From Anthoceros angustus (taxonomy: Eukaryota > Plantae > Anthocerotophyta), in NCBI GenBank assembly GCA_010909165.1, contig VJWM01000179.1, forward strand, positions 124,001 through 188,000: DNA of 64,000 nt, given 5' to 3'. Made by a program: the position numbers and the translations under genes. Below are positions 1-12,581 of this stretch, in pieces. The notes under the pieces are model-generated. The model saw only the letters and a list, made by a program, of their open reading frames with translations, did not search any database and had not been told where the DNA came from. Position 1 is the stretch's first letter, and every line of letters begins with the position of its first letter.

Positions 1-164
1 CAAGATTACAAGCTCCAGTTATTAATGTCCTATGGGATTACTCTTGGGTAAAATTCTCGATGTAGGACTTCGATGTATACTTTAAAATATTTATATTGAA
101 ATTTTAAATTTTAAAAAACAGAACCTATTTAGAAAGGGCGCGCTTCCCGCAAGGCAAATTCGGC

Positions 165-633
165 TCGACCATGTCAAAGGTAGAACACAACTTCCTTCAA
201 CTCTGCCCATGGTCAGTCGCTCTTTCTCGCTGATGTCCAGGTCTTCAGGTTTATTTACGTCATCAGGAAGACACCAGCGAAAGTTATGCAGCAGAGTAGC
301 AAGAGTGAGCTGCACCATCAGTAAACCTAAGTTCGTGCCTACGCAACCTCTCCTTCCAGAACAAAAAGGTAGAACCTCAAAGTTCTGGCCCCGAACATCC
401 AGATCAGGCCTGCACAGTGGAACACCAATTCGTGAGTGATGTGAGCTATGGCAGGGCAATTGGAAGAATGCAACTTGAAATCAAGCTGGGAATGATGGCT
501 ACCTGTCGACAAACCTCCATGGGATGAATTGGAGGGAATCTTTCCACACAGCAGGGTCTGTGCCTATGGCCCATGCAATGACAAACACCACTGTTTGGGC
601 AGGATGTCGTATCCTGCTACCTTGGTGGCCTCC
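165..633 (-). pseudogene. Cytochrome P450 (CYP71 clan) 3' fragment, copy 1
   Basis: Reads [20 protein letters not shown]...PWRFVDR, then an intron, then [11 protein letters not shown] heme motif. Frameshift near the C-terminus; no 5' exons present. Confidence 0.9.
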
Positions 634-714
634 AGCCGGAATTCGACATGTGATGCCAAATGATAAAAAAGAAGGATTGTCTCCTCGTTCCCTTTCTCGT
701 TGTCGTTGAAACAC

Positions 715-1620
715 TGTTCCTACACAACCTCTAGTTCCGGACGTAGGAACTCAAGGTTCTGGCCCCGAATATCCAGATCAGGCTTGCACAGTGGCACAGC
801 AATTCGTGAGTGATGTGAGCTATGGTAGGGGAAGCATGGAACTTGAGACTAGCAGGGAATGATGGCTACCTGTCGATAAACCTCTCCGGAATGAATTGGA
901 GGGGATCCTTCCGCACAGCAGGGTCTGTAGCGATGGCCCATGCATTGACAAACACGAATGTTTGGGCAGGAATGTCGTAGCCTGCTAACTTTGTGGCCTC
1001 CACAGAAGGGTGAGGAACCAACAAGGATACAACTGGATGTAACGGGCGCGTCTCCCTCACTATGGCTTCAAGATGCGTTAGGTTTGGAAGATCTGCTTCA
1101 GTAACCTGCCGACCGCTGCTCATCTCCTTTCCTGCTCTGTCCAGATGTCGCAATAACCCAGCCATCGCCCATTACGTGGTAGTGGCTGTTGTGTCGGTTC
1201 CAGCCAAAATCAAGTCCTTCAAATGGAAAATTGCGTCGTCAGTGCTGCCCCCAGCTAACATGAAAGTTTCCTACATTCAACCATACAGGTATGTTGTTCT
1301 CGGTTGGGGGCTTAGAGCGAGCTGTCCCTTTACAGAGTCGCTCGATAGCTGGTCTTTGTCATTCAACTGCAACAAGATATCAACATAGTCTTTGGAGATT
1401 CGGCCCGAGTCTTTTCTTAGCTCGTCGAGGTTTTCCTCGATCACAGCTGTGTTCAATCGGCCCGTACCCTTCGGATCCTGGGAATTCTGTTCTTGACAGG
1501 ATTCAAGTTGCCGAAAATGGGCAGACAGGGGACACAATCCTGAGCAGCTGGGTTGAGCCCAAAGCTGTTATCTCTTTTATGAGACTGACGAAAGTTTCTG
1601 CGTCCCCAACAAGTCCCATT
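715..1620 (-). pseudogene. Cytochrome P450 central fragment, copy 2
   Basis: Exon 3/4 homology (VIEENLDELRKDSGR, EAIVRETRPLHP, PERFIDR) and a degenerate heme remnant SGTRGCVGT near 715-745. Frameshifted around the I-helix; truncated at both ends. Confidence 0.88.
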
Positions 1621-3658
1621 GATTTTTGTGTTGCCGAGTCAGCATCTACAAATCTCACGCTTCTCAGGACTCCTAGACATGCGTCGCACGGATATGAGCC
1701 AGTGCGTCCAATTCGTGGCTCATAAAGCAGCTGGACCCCCTTGTCCTATATCCTGAGGGAATCAATGCTTGGTTTGCTCTTGAGCAAGCTCAACCGGCAC
1801 ATTTCAAGAGTCGAGTCTCACGCAGCACCAGATGATACTCGTTAGACCACATTGCAGGACTCAGGAGCAGGTGAGTTACAACCGGCACATTTCAAGAGTC
1901 GAGTCTGATGCAGAACTGGAAGGTAACTTTTTTAGATACTTCAGCTCTGAAGAGCACCAACATATTTCCTTCCTGAAGGACACCAGTAGGGAATGGGCCA
2001 GGAAGAAATTTCCATGTCTCCAGTGCTCACAATTTGCAAGGAAGTGGCATTAAATTCCGTGATATTAAGGGCGGCCCCGGCAAGGAAGGGCTGACCCCAA
2101 GGCGATCCCATCCGTTTACAGATGCCACTGTGGATTCCCTCGTCGTTCCGCACACAACAAATGATAGCCGGTTCAACTGGGGCTCGTTATTCCTTTCTAT
2201 TTCATTTCGACGATTTCCTTTCAGCAAGTGTGGAGCGTAATGCAAATTTGCACCTGCCCAGCACCAGTACTTTCCAGGATTGTGCTACAATAATACAGCA
2301 CCTGGCCAGTTCTTACCAACTGCGGTGAAGCTCAGCCCTTTGAACTGTTTCCAATTGCACCAGAAATAAGGGCTCATGTCCACAGCCCTGAAATCGGAGC
2401 AAATCCAGGCACCAACCCTGCGCACTTGCGATTGATTCCCCAAGCACACCAAGAAGCAGGAAGAGATTGATGATGGGGAGTCACAATCAAATAGCCACCA
2501 GCTTATGATCACAATTCCTGATGAATTCGAGAGTCAGAATTATTGATACTTGCAATTGCTCACACCTTGAGTCCTTGTCACTTCCGCTGCAGGACAAGCA
2601 ATGTGAATCATGACACCATGTGCTATCAGCGCTATCAAGCACTGAGGAAACTGGGATATCTACAGCGTGTGATAAGGTTAGATGCAATTGTCAGCCAGAC
2701 CTTGTTGGGCACTCCTGTTCACAAGATGCGGTCCACGCAAATAATCACGGAGAACATACATAACATTGAAGTTGGACTAGAGCCCAGAATGTTTTCTTTT
2801 CTTTTCTTCGAGCCCAAAAATTAGGTCTTCTCTTCACCTTTAGCGTTTTCAGAGGAAGGGAATGTGTAGGTAAGAGACATAGTAGCAAGGAACGGGTTTT
2901 GTGCGGTAAGAATGAAGCTTTCTATTTGAGAGCACATGGATTTTGCAGCAACGTCTCTTAAAGGCCTGTGGTGCCTGGGATTTCAGTAGGCGCCATAGAG
3001 CGGACATTGCAATCTCGTACGAAGGTATTCGGCAATGGATAGGGCTGTGCCCCTTTGCTCACTGCGGAGCTTCTAAGCTCTTGTGCCCTGGCTCTACCAG
3101 CATTCTAGTTGGGCAGCCTTCCATACATTAACGTCGTGTGTCTTGTGACCTACTGTAGGCTGGATTGCTGATGGTCATTTCTGCCTACAGTTCCACTCCC
3201 TTGTGTGTATGCAGGGCAGAGCTTGGTATGCGCAAGGGCTGAGCTTGATTACGATTGCAGTAACCTCTCTAGGCCCCTGCAATGATACTATAGCAACAAG
3301 TCATTGTGTCCTCATAGCTTGACTGGCCAACGCAAGTCATCTCTAGCACACTATTGAAGGGTCATCCACCAGCAGTCTGCCATTCCATACTTCAACTCAT
3401 AGAAGCGTCAGTGTGTGTGGGTGATAGGTAGCGAGGGAGAGGTAAGGGTCATACTATTCAAGAGAGCCTTGTGTTTTTACTGAAAGGAGTAGTTAACATG
3501 AATAGATTTAATAAATAAAGAATGAATGAATTAAAAATATATTAAACTTTAAACAACTGAAAGCACAAAGAGGGAAGAAAATAACACAAAAAATACGTCT
3601 TCTGTGCCCCTTTCAACGAGTGACATCCAAGCATGAGTTCATTGGAACTCCCTCCAAA

Positions 3659-4410
3659 ACCAAAAGGTAGGACCTCAAAGTTCTGGCCCCGAATATCCAC
3701 ATCAGGCTTGCACAGTGGCCCACCAATTCGTGCGTGATGTGAGCTATAGCACGGCAAGAATGGAACTTGAAACCAAGGGAATGACGGCTACCTGTCGATA
3801 AAACGCTCCGGAATGAATTGGAGGGGATCCTCCCACACAGCAGGGTCTGTGCTTATGGCCCATGAATTGACAAACACCACTGTTTGGGCAGGAACGTCGT
3901 AGCCTGCTACCTTGGTGGCCTCCACAGAACAGTGAGGAACCATTAAAGGCAAAGGTGGATGTAACCGGAGCGTTTCTTTCACTGTGGCTTCAAGATACGA
4001 CAGTTTTGGAAGATCTGCTTCAGTAACCTGCCGATCGCTGCTCAAAATCAAGTCCTTCAAATCGAAAATGGAGTCAGTGCTGCCCCAGCCAATATAAAAG
4101 TTTCCTATACTGAACCACACAGGTAGCTCTCGGTTGGGGGCTTACAATGACTTGTCCCTTTACATAGTCGCTCGATAAGGTCTTCTTCGTTCAACTGCAA
4201 CAAGACTTCAAGATAGTCTTACGCACGTCGGCCTGAGTCTTTCTTAACTCCTCGCGGTGTTCCTCGATCACAGCTGTCAAGAATCCGTCCATCCGCTTGC
4301 GGATCCTGGGAATTCTGTGTTTGACAGGATTCTCCCACAGCCAGGGCAATGCTCCACAAAGGGAGACCCAGCACGCGAAGGCTCCGGATCCACTCAGATA
4401 ATTCTGCCAT
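3659..4410 (-). pseudogene. Cytochrome P450 with two internal deletions, copy 3
   Basis: N-terminus MAELSEW (ATG 4410) is fused directly to exon-3 sequence near 4331. The I-helix is deleted at ~4045 (DLIL|SSDRQ). ETLR and PERF are present; the heme motif breaks off after PFG. Confidence 0.9.
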
Positions 4411-6570
4411 ACCATTTGCCTCCGCGACACCCTCCCACCCGCCTCACAAGGGGACCTGGAGACGGAGGCAGCAGGCCATTCGAGTTTTGTGGAGAGGATC
4501 CCGGCACTTCGAATCAATGTGGGGGGAGCCCAATAGTGCACCTTAAGGAAAAAGTGGAAAGCCACAGGAGCCGTGTCAACAGTGCTTTGGTGCCGGGACA
4601 CCATCCGTGATACCGACAGCGACACCATCCGTGGCGTGGCGAATGCGCCCCCGCTGTCACTGGCAACGTTTGTTGTTGATGGATTCAACTTGCTCAAGGA
4701 TAAGGCGCCACCCACAATATCCACAGAGCTGAAAGATATTTGCACGGCCCAAGCACCTGAGGCTGACCTTCCGCTTGCCGACCGACCCATCGCCCATGCC
4801 TAGGCTCTCCAATAGCCACTCTCCCACTTCCCAACACCGGACCATAGATGCACCCATGATTGCATGATTGAATACTTCTTTTTAATGAATAGATCCATGA
4901 GCGGAGATAACTAGGCTAGGAGGCCCTAGACAGCTCTTGTAACCAACCAGGGTCCCGGAGAGCTGTTATAACCGATGAGGAGGTCTCGGGAGAGGTGTCA
5001 TACCCCATTAGGAGGTCCGCACGAGCCTTACGACAAAATCTCTTTTTGCTGGCAAGATAGCACAAGTTATCTATCCGCACCGGTTCCGAAGGGCTTCACA
5101 TCAGGCAGATTAACCAGGCTAAGAGTAATCAACTAATCGGGGATGCGTGGTACTCATCTTGTAGAGTTGAACCGACACATACCTGATCCTACCAGTGATC
5201 CATCTTGGCAAAGATTGGACCGGTCGCTCCTTCACATACTCCTTGAGCGCGAGGCCATCCTCGACCCATCCTCGACACCCTGCATGGAGACTAAGTTAGC
5301 TTCCACAAAGACAACTTTCCTGGACTCGGTCCAAACGCTTTAGACTCAGTCCAAGTACTTGAATATTCGAAGTAAACCTACTCCGTTGTAATCACACATG
5401 CCAACTTGCCAACCTAGTAGTGATAGACCCGGGTGATCAAGAGTTTCAATGAACTTAGAACTACATACTTATCACTCATGAAGCGAGGAGAAGTTTCATG
5501 AATGTTTGTTATAAGGAAGGCCACAAACCTCTTATATCATATTATTCTCTAGTTTTATGATATATAAATTTATTATATTTTATATATAACTTATCTTATA
5601 ATAAAATATTATATTAACACATAAATATAGTAAGTTGTGAAAGACTAGTTTTATTTAATGCACATATAATTGTAGATTGAATGGTCCAATTCACACTCCT
5701 GTATATTTAATTCAGTAATATATTGATTTATTCAATTTTGATATACAATTCATGGCAACAAGTAAATTTTATATCAATACATTATTAAGTAGAATGTAAA
5801 ATATAGGTTGTATGTTTATTTAATAAACAAGGATAGGCTGAGAAGGAAAACTGTGCAACCTAGGATATGGACCAAAAGAGCCTACGGAATTGTCCTGCCT
5901 AGACTCAAAGTCGAGCCACATGCCTTGTTTTACAATCGAGCCGTATGCCTAGTCTCATAATAGAAATGTATGCACATCATAAAATATATTTTTAAGTTAT
6001 TAATTTATATGTTGAAAGATTCATCATTCTACAAAAAAGGTTAGGTCTAGCCCACATTGAAAAAACCCTAGTTATGTTGAAGTTTTGGTATCAACTATGG
6101 CATATTGATGATATATTTGTCATGCCGTGTGACACTAATCTCCACTTGGGTTTAATGTTTAATTAACATTAATTAATTTAATTATTTTTAATTAAGTAAT
6201 TCATATTAATTAATTTAAAGTGCTTATGTCAATTAAAATTGATTAATGGTAATTAAACATGATTAGAAATAAATAAGTGGATAAGCACACGTAATATGCT
6301 TTAGGATATTCCTTGCATATTATAGTGTATTCTAAGATATTTTCGGCATATGTTGATGCAAATATGCCAATGCCAAGGGCTAGTATATACAAACCCTTTT
6401 ACAAAGGACAAGCTCATATCATAGCTTATCCTCTAGATATACAATGCAAGAGTGTAGTGAAGAGGCCAAAAGTATTACTCTGAGAGCGATGTGTAAGGAA
6501 TTTGCATGTTGTTCTATAGGCGAGAGTGTGTTTGTGCCACAACTTGCGAGCTACTCTCTCCTATTATTAT

Positions 6571-7787
6571 TGGTTTGCACTTATATATGCGTATTAGATT
6601 TTTTTTGCTTGGTTATTTGCTAAGAAAGGGCTTATATGAATGCTAGTGCTTGTCTTGTGCGACATATGCCTTAGTGGCAGGTGCTCGATAATACGTACTA
6701 ATAAATTTTAAATCATATAAATTATATCATAAATAAAATATACATTAAATAAAATTTTAAATATATTATGTATCATAAAATATGTGTATTTAAATTATAT
6801 CATTACTAAAATATATTGTATAAAATTTTAAATATATTATTGTACCATAAAATAAGTGTATTCCTTAGACGCAAACATATATTGCAGGCGCCAAGGGCGA
6901 GAAAAAGAGAAAAAGGCTATGTGGAAGGAAACTTCATGACGCTAGAATCACCCTTAGTGGCCACACCTTAGGCATCGAAACCTCATGACGACCCTTAGTG
7001 GCCACACCTTAGGCATCGAAACCTCATGACGCTAGAATCACCCTTAGTGGCCACACCTTGGGCATTAACTGCCTAGTTTGTCGCACTACCACTTGCACCT
7101 ATAGGTAGGGGGCGTACGGCCTATTATTCGAGCCCTATACCTATAAGTTTATCATTTGGAACAATGCCGGTGGTGGTCCTGATGTTGGTGGTTTGGTTTG
7201 CACTTATATGCGTATTAGATTTTTTGCTTGGTTATTTGCTAAGAAAGGGCTTATATGAATGCTAGTGCTTGTCTTGTGCGACATATGCCTTAGTGGGTGC
7301 TCGATAATACGTACTAATAAATTTTAAATCATATAAATTATATCATAAAATAAAATATACATTAAATAAAATTTTAAATATATTATGTATCATAAAATAT
7401 GTGTATTTAAATTATATCATTACTAAAATATATTGTATAAAATTTTAAATATATTATTGTACCATAAAATAAGTGTATTCCTTAGACGCAAACATATATT
7501 GCGAAGGCGAGAAAAAGAGAAAAAGGCTATGTGGAAGGAAACTTCATGACGCTAGAATCACCCTTAGTGGCCACACCTTAGGCATCGAAACCTCATGGCG
7601 ATAGTGGCCACACACCTTAGGCATCGAAACCTCATGACGCTAGAATCACCCTTAGTGGCCACACCTTGGGCAGTTTGTGCACTACCACTTGCCTATAGGT
7701 AGGGGCGTCACTATTATTCGAGCCCTATACCTATAAGTTTATCATTTGGAACAATGCCGGTGGTGGTCCTGATGTTGGTGGTTTGGT
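6571..7787. repeat. Tandem duplication of an ~620 bp AT-rich unit containing an internal ~49 bp x3 sub-repeat
   Basis: 6571-7193 recurs at 7194-~7787. Sub-repeat GAAACCTCATGACGCTAGAATCACCCTTAGTGGCCACACCTTAGGCATC at 6928-7065 and 7529-7670. Confidence 0.9.
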
Positions 7788-8731
7788 GCTGCAAACTTTA
7801 CGTAGTGCTTTTGGTCTGACTTTGCGTGCAGCAGCTGCTGGTTGGAAGTTGGTGGAGCAGCTAGTGCTGCTTGCATTGCTCATGCTGCCTTTCACATGTT
7901 GCTGCTACTTGCAAGCAAGTTTGTGGTTGAATCGTGTTTTTGGCTGATGCGCTGGTGGTTTGTGGAGAGTACTGTTCTTCACTGTCTGAGAGTGGATTTC
8001 CTAACTATGGAGAGTGGTGTTCCTCACTCTGCAGAGTCCTAATCCGCGGTCAATCACTTACTATTCAACGTTAACCTTATATTTATCTATAGGATCCAAG
8101 TTTTGACAATTTTTTTATTTTTCTCAAGATATTCTTCTAAAACTAATTCAAATACTCTCTCACACCATTCTTTTCCACTTCACCCCAGTTTGCTCCATCT
8201 CCAGTGTGACCTTTGGTCCGAAAAAGTAAGTAGGGATGCCTAGACTTCACCCTTCACGCTGACCCCAAGGCGGTCGGATCCGTTTACAAATGCCGCTGTG
8301 GATTCGTTTGTGGTTCCACACACACACACACAAATGATGGCCGGTTCCGCGGGGGCTCGTTATTCCTTTCTCTTTCATTCCGACGTTTTTCCCAACAGCA
8401 CACCATCCCCAATTGTCAAGCTTCGCCAGCTGTCCCTGGACAGTTCATGCAAAAAGGCAAAAGATCGTGGTGCCTTGTGCAAAGCTGTAAAGCAAGTTGC
8501 TACAGAGCGAGATGCCCTACTGAGAGCCACCGACCTGTCCATCCTCGTCACCTCAAGTACCAACGACAGGAAAAGTTGAGGTCTCGTCTATGTACACTCC
8601 CTTCCAAGCTCTTTATGAAGAAGAAAGAGGTTTCCAGGTTGTCTAATTTCCAACCCAGCATACTGTGTCCGCTGATCGGGAATGTGAAAACCTCTCTAAA
8701 CAGGGCACGTTTGCAGCAAGGCGAATTCGGC

Positions 8732-10716
8732 TCAACCACGTCGAAGGTCGAACACAACTTGTAAGGGTTCAACTCTGCCCATGGTCAGTCCCTCTTTCTC
8801 GCTCATGTCCAGGTCTTCAGGTTTCTTTACGTCATCAGGAAGAGACCAGCAAAAGTTGTGCAGCAGAGCAGCAAGAGTGAGCTGCACCATCAGTAAACCT
8901 AAGTTCGTCCCTACACAACCTCTCCTTCCAGAACCAAAAGGTAGAACCTCAAAATTCTGGCCCCGAACATCCAGATCAGGCCTGCACAGTCGAACACAAT
9001 TCGTGAGTGATATGAGCTATGGCAGGGCAATCGGAAGAATGCAACTTGAAGTCAAGCTGGGAATGATGGCTACCTGTCGAGAAACCTCTCTGGGATGAAT
9101 TGGAGGGAATCCTTCCACACAGCAGGGTCTGTGCCTATGGCCCATGCATTGACAAACACCACTGTTTGGGCAGGAATGTCGTATCCTGCTACCTTGGTGG
9201 CCTCTAGAGAACAGTGAGGAACCATCAAAGGCAAAACTGGATGTAACCGGAGCGTTTCTTTCACTATGGCTTCAAGATACGGCAGTTTTGCAAGATCTGC
9301 TTCAGTAACCTGCCGATCGCTGCTCACCACGGAGTTCACCTCCTTTTCTACTCTCTCCAGGATTGCAGGGTGTCGCAATAACTCAGCCATCGCCCATTCC
9401 GTGGTAGCGGCTGACGTGTCGCTTCCTCCCAAAAGCAAGTCCTTCAAATCGAAATGGGGTCAGTGCCGACCTGGCTAGCATGCAATTTTCCTACATTGGA
9501 CCACACAGGTAGCTCTCAGTTGGGGGCTTACAATGACTTGTCCCTTGACAGAGTCGTTCGATAGCTGCTCTTCTTCATTCAACTGCAACAAGATGTCAAG
9601 ATAGTCATTTGCACTTCGGCCCGAGTCCTTTCTTAACTCCTCGCGGTGTTCTTCTATCACAGCTGTCAAGAATAGGTCCATGCGCTTGTGGATCTTGGGA
9701 ATTCTGTGTTTGACAGGATTCAAGTTGTCGAAAATGGACAGATAGGGGATACAATCCCGGAGCAGCTGGGTTGTGACCACAGATATTTGCTCTTTCATGA
9801 GACTGACGAAAGATTCTCTATCCTCAACAACCTGTTCATTCGAAGTCCCAACAAACGCAAGTTACGAAAAACGAGAGACCCTGTTAGTGCACTGCACCGA
9901 ACTGCCAGGTGTTGAAAGCAAGGGAAATCCGACTACCTTGTGAGGAACTGAGGTGCTTTGCGTTCCTGAACCAGAATCGTCTTGGATGTGGTAGTCAAAG
10001 AATTTCTTGCTTATGCCCATACGTGTTATGGAGTTGAGATTCAGTAGGGTGAGCAGGAGAGTCATGTTCACAGGTGATGACCTTGCCGCCCCGGCCATGG
10101 TAACGTGACTTCGGATTGATGCAACCACGGCAGCAACTTCTTGCGATCTTACTCCCTCGAATTGTTTAAGCCTCTTTGCGGACATCAGCTCCGTGGTCAT
10201 CACCTTCCTGAAAAGTAGTGTACGCGGGTGTGAGAAACAGTCCGGCCCAGCAACATGACGGCAGCACAGTACTCCGACTGAATCCACATGCATATTCAAA
10301 GCTTACTTGGAATGGCGCAGGGCTGGACCGTACGGTGCAAAGCCTATGTCCTTGAAAGTCAGCTTGGTGATGGCATGGGTCGGGGAGCGAGAAGCAAACA
10401 CAGCATCCTGGTTCTTGAGAACCTCACGAGCCATAGCTGGAGAGGACACCACCATCGCTCCCTTAGAGCCCAACCATATCCACATTATTTCGCCATACTT
10501 GCCAGCCAGTTTGGCAAGATCCCTGTGCAAGGATTTGGAGGTCGCAAATACGTGCAGATTGCCCAAAACGGGAAGTGGGGGTGGACCAGGCGGGAGATTG
10601 CGGCTCTTTCCGCCATTCCGCTTCACGGCAAAAAGCGCAAATACTCCCACAGCCAGGACGATGCTCCACAAAGGGAGACCCAAGACGCGAAGGCTCCATT
10701 CAGATAATGCTGCCAT
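8732..10716 (-). CDS. Intact CYP71-clan (A-type) cytochrome P450, 532 aa, copy 4; exons 10716-10307, 10207-9937, 9831-9532, 9441-9074, 8981-8732
   Basis: All four introns are GT-AG with consistent phases (1599 nt CDS). Membrane anchor, PPGP hinge, GGSDTS I-helix, ETLR, PERF and [11 protein letters not shown] are present. Confidence 0.93.
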
Positions 10717-12215
10717 ACCAGCTGCCTCCGCGGCACCCTCCCACTCGCTTCACAAAAGGAAGATGCTTTGAATGTAGAACCCACTTTGCCCTTGGTGGAG
10801 TCGAATCGGATGGATCCCGGCACTTCGAATCACACCGACTGTCCGGCCTTCGCTGCAAAGAACAAATTCGGCGTGTTTGGAGATAGTGGAGGATGGAGGT
10901 CTGGACGAGGAGGAAGCCCGTATTTGCTAACGACAGGCTCCAGTGCTTCCGGATTCCCTGGAGATGATACCAGGTTAAAAAAAAGTCATCAGGTCTCTGG
11001 CCCAAGAAGACACAAGAAGGACGAGAAGTATGACCAGTAGAATCTCCTTAAGCAATTGGAACTGTAGAGCCCTTTCTATTCCAGAGCATCCTGGTTTTTG
11101 GGGAACCTCACCTAGCCATTGCCAGCCCAAGACGTCCTCAGAAAGTGTGTTCCCGCCCTCTTACTGGAAAAGAGGCCCAAGTGGCCCTCTTTTCCAGAAC
11201 TATGATATCTATGTAACTATGTAACTTCTTGTTTTCGTTGTTCCCGCCGTTGGTCCTTCCACTTTCTTTGTCACCTTATCGATTACAGAACACGTTTGTT
11301 AGGAAGCTCACCAGATTGTGTTAACCGAGATGAAGCCAAAATCCTGGTTGTTGCACTCTTTCCCGTCTGGTACAGGGCTTCATTATCCTCCATTTATTAG
11401 TGTATAGTGGATATGACACTTTCTTCCCTGGCCACTAAATCCTATTGAATGCATAAGAAACCCGGCTTTGGGCTTGTTCGACCTTGTCAACCAGATGTTT
11501 TGCTAGCGGTTTCATGAACATCCCGTCCAATTCCGAGCTCGAGGAATTGAAGAGTCGTGAGAAACGTGGAATGCCCGGCAGTGGATGGGACACGATTTGG
11601 GGGCTAACCTGCGAGATCGTTTTCTTTGAAAGCTAGACAGACAAAAGGCTTTGCTCTTTTATCTCCAGCGTCTCAGGAGGTTCGAAGCTTTATAGAAATG
11701 TGCTCACCAGCGTAGACTGCGTAGAAGCTGCCTTGCAGCAGTAGGGTCCAGGGAAGGGGCAAGAAGTCACCATGTCTCCAGACCTAATAATGTTAGGAAG
11801 TGGCATCAAAAGTCCGTGATGTATGTTACGAGCGCCGCGGGCGAGGACGGGCTGACCCCAAGACGATGCGATCCGTCCACAGATGCCACTGTGGATTCCC
11901 TCGCTGCTCCGCACACACAACAAATACTGGCCAGCTCAACTGGGGATCGTTATCCCTTTTTGTTTCATTCGACATTTTGCTTTTTGCAGTGCACACCATC
12001 ACCGAAAGACCTGCGCCAGCTGTCCATGTGGAGCGACAGGAAACATGGAGGCGTCGTCTGTCTGTGTACTTCCCTCCGCTCAAGACGACCTCTCCAGGCC
12101 TGTGCTTTTCTTTGCGCGAAGATTCAATTTATTTCATATTGGGATCAGATATCAACAAGGGAGATCAAGATCTCCCTCGAGCAGATCGGTATAACCTTAC
12201 GGGCTCCTAAAGGGA

Positions 12216-12290
12216 TGTCCACTGGACTTGGCCTGGACATCTGTCCACTGGACTTGGCCTGGACATCTGTCCACTGGACTTGGCCTGGAC
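12216..12290. repeat. 26 bp tandem repeat x3 (second copy at 17347-17421)
   Basis: Unit TGTCCACTGGACTTGGCCTGGACATC, no spacers. Confidence 0.9.
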
Positions 12291-12581
12291 GATGTCCAAG
12301 ACTCCGACTCCAGGCCTCCGACTCCAGGCCTCCTTTCATCTGTAGAGTAGCTATTTCCAAAGACGTATATTACGTACGCATTTTTCCTTTGAAACCTCTT
12401 TGGAAGGCGCACGGTTGCAGCACGTCATCAGTGAGGATGATACATGTATGTACGTGAAGGCATGTGATGACACAGGAACACGTTATGTGTGTCAAGTTCA
12501 CGAACACTGCCTGAGAAAATCGAGCCCAACAATTGCCAGAGCCCTGATGAGCCGTGGTGAGCCCTGGCTAGCCGGTTCTGC

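Noticed and set aside
4850-5520. Possible LTR/retroelement remnant
   Set aside because: No paired LTR, PBS/PPT or gag/pol motif could be identified by eye.
12216-12290. CRISPR-like repeats (26 bp here; 30 bp at 38574; 49 bp at 6928)
   Set aside because: Units are directly adjacent with no unique spacers, there are no cas genes, and the context is eukaryotic.
11816-12457. 213 aa plus-strand ORF in the P450 spacer (and its copy at 16944)
   Set aside because: No recognisable domain, runs through a tandem repeat, and the frame differs between the two duplicated copies.
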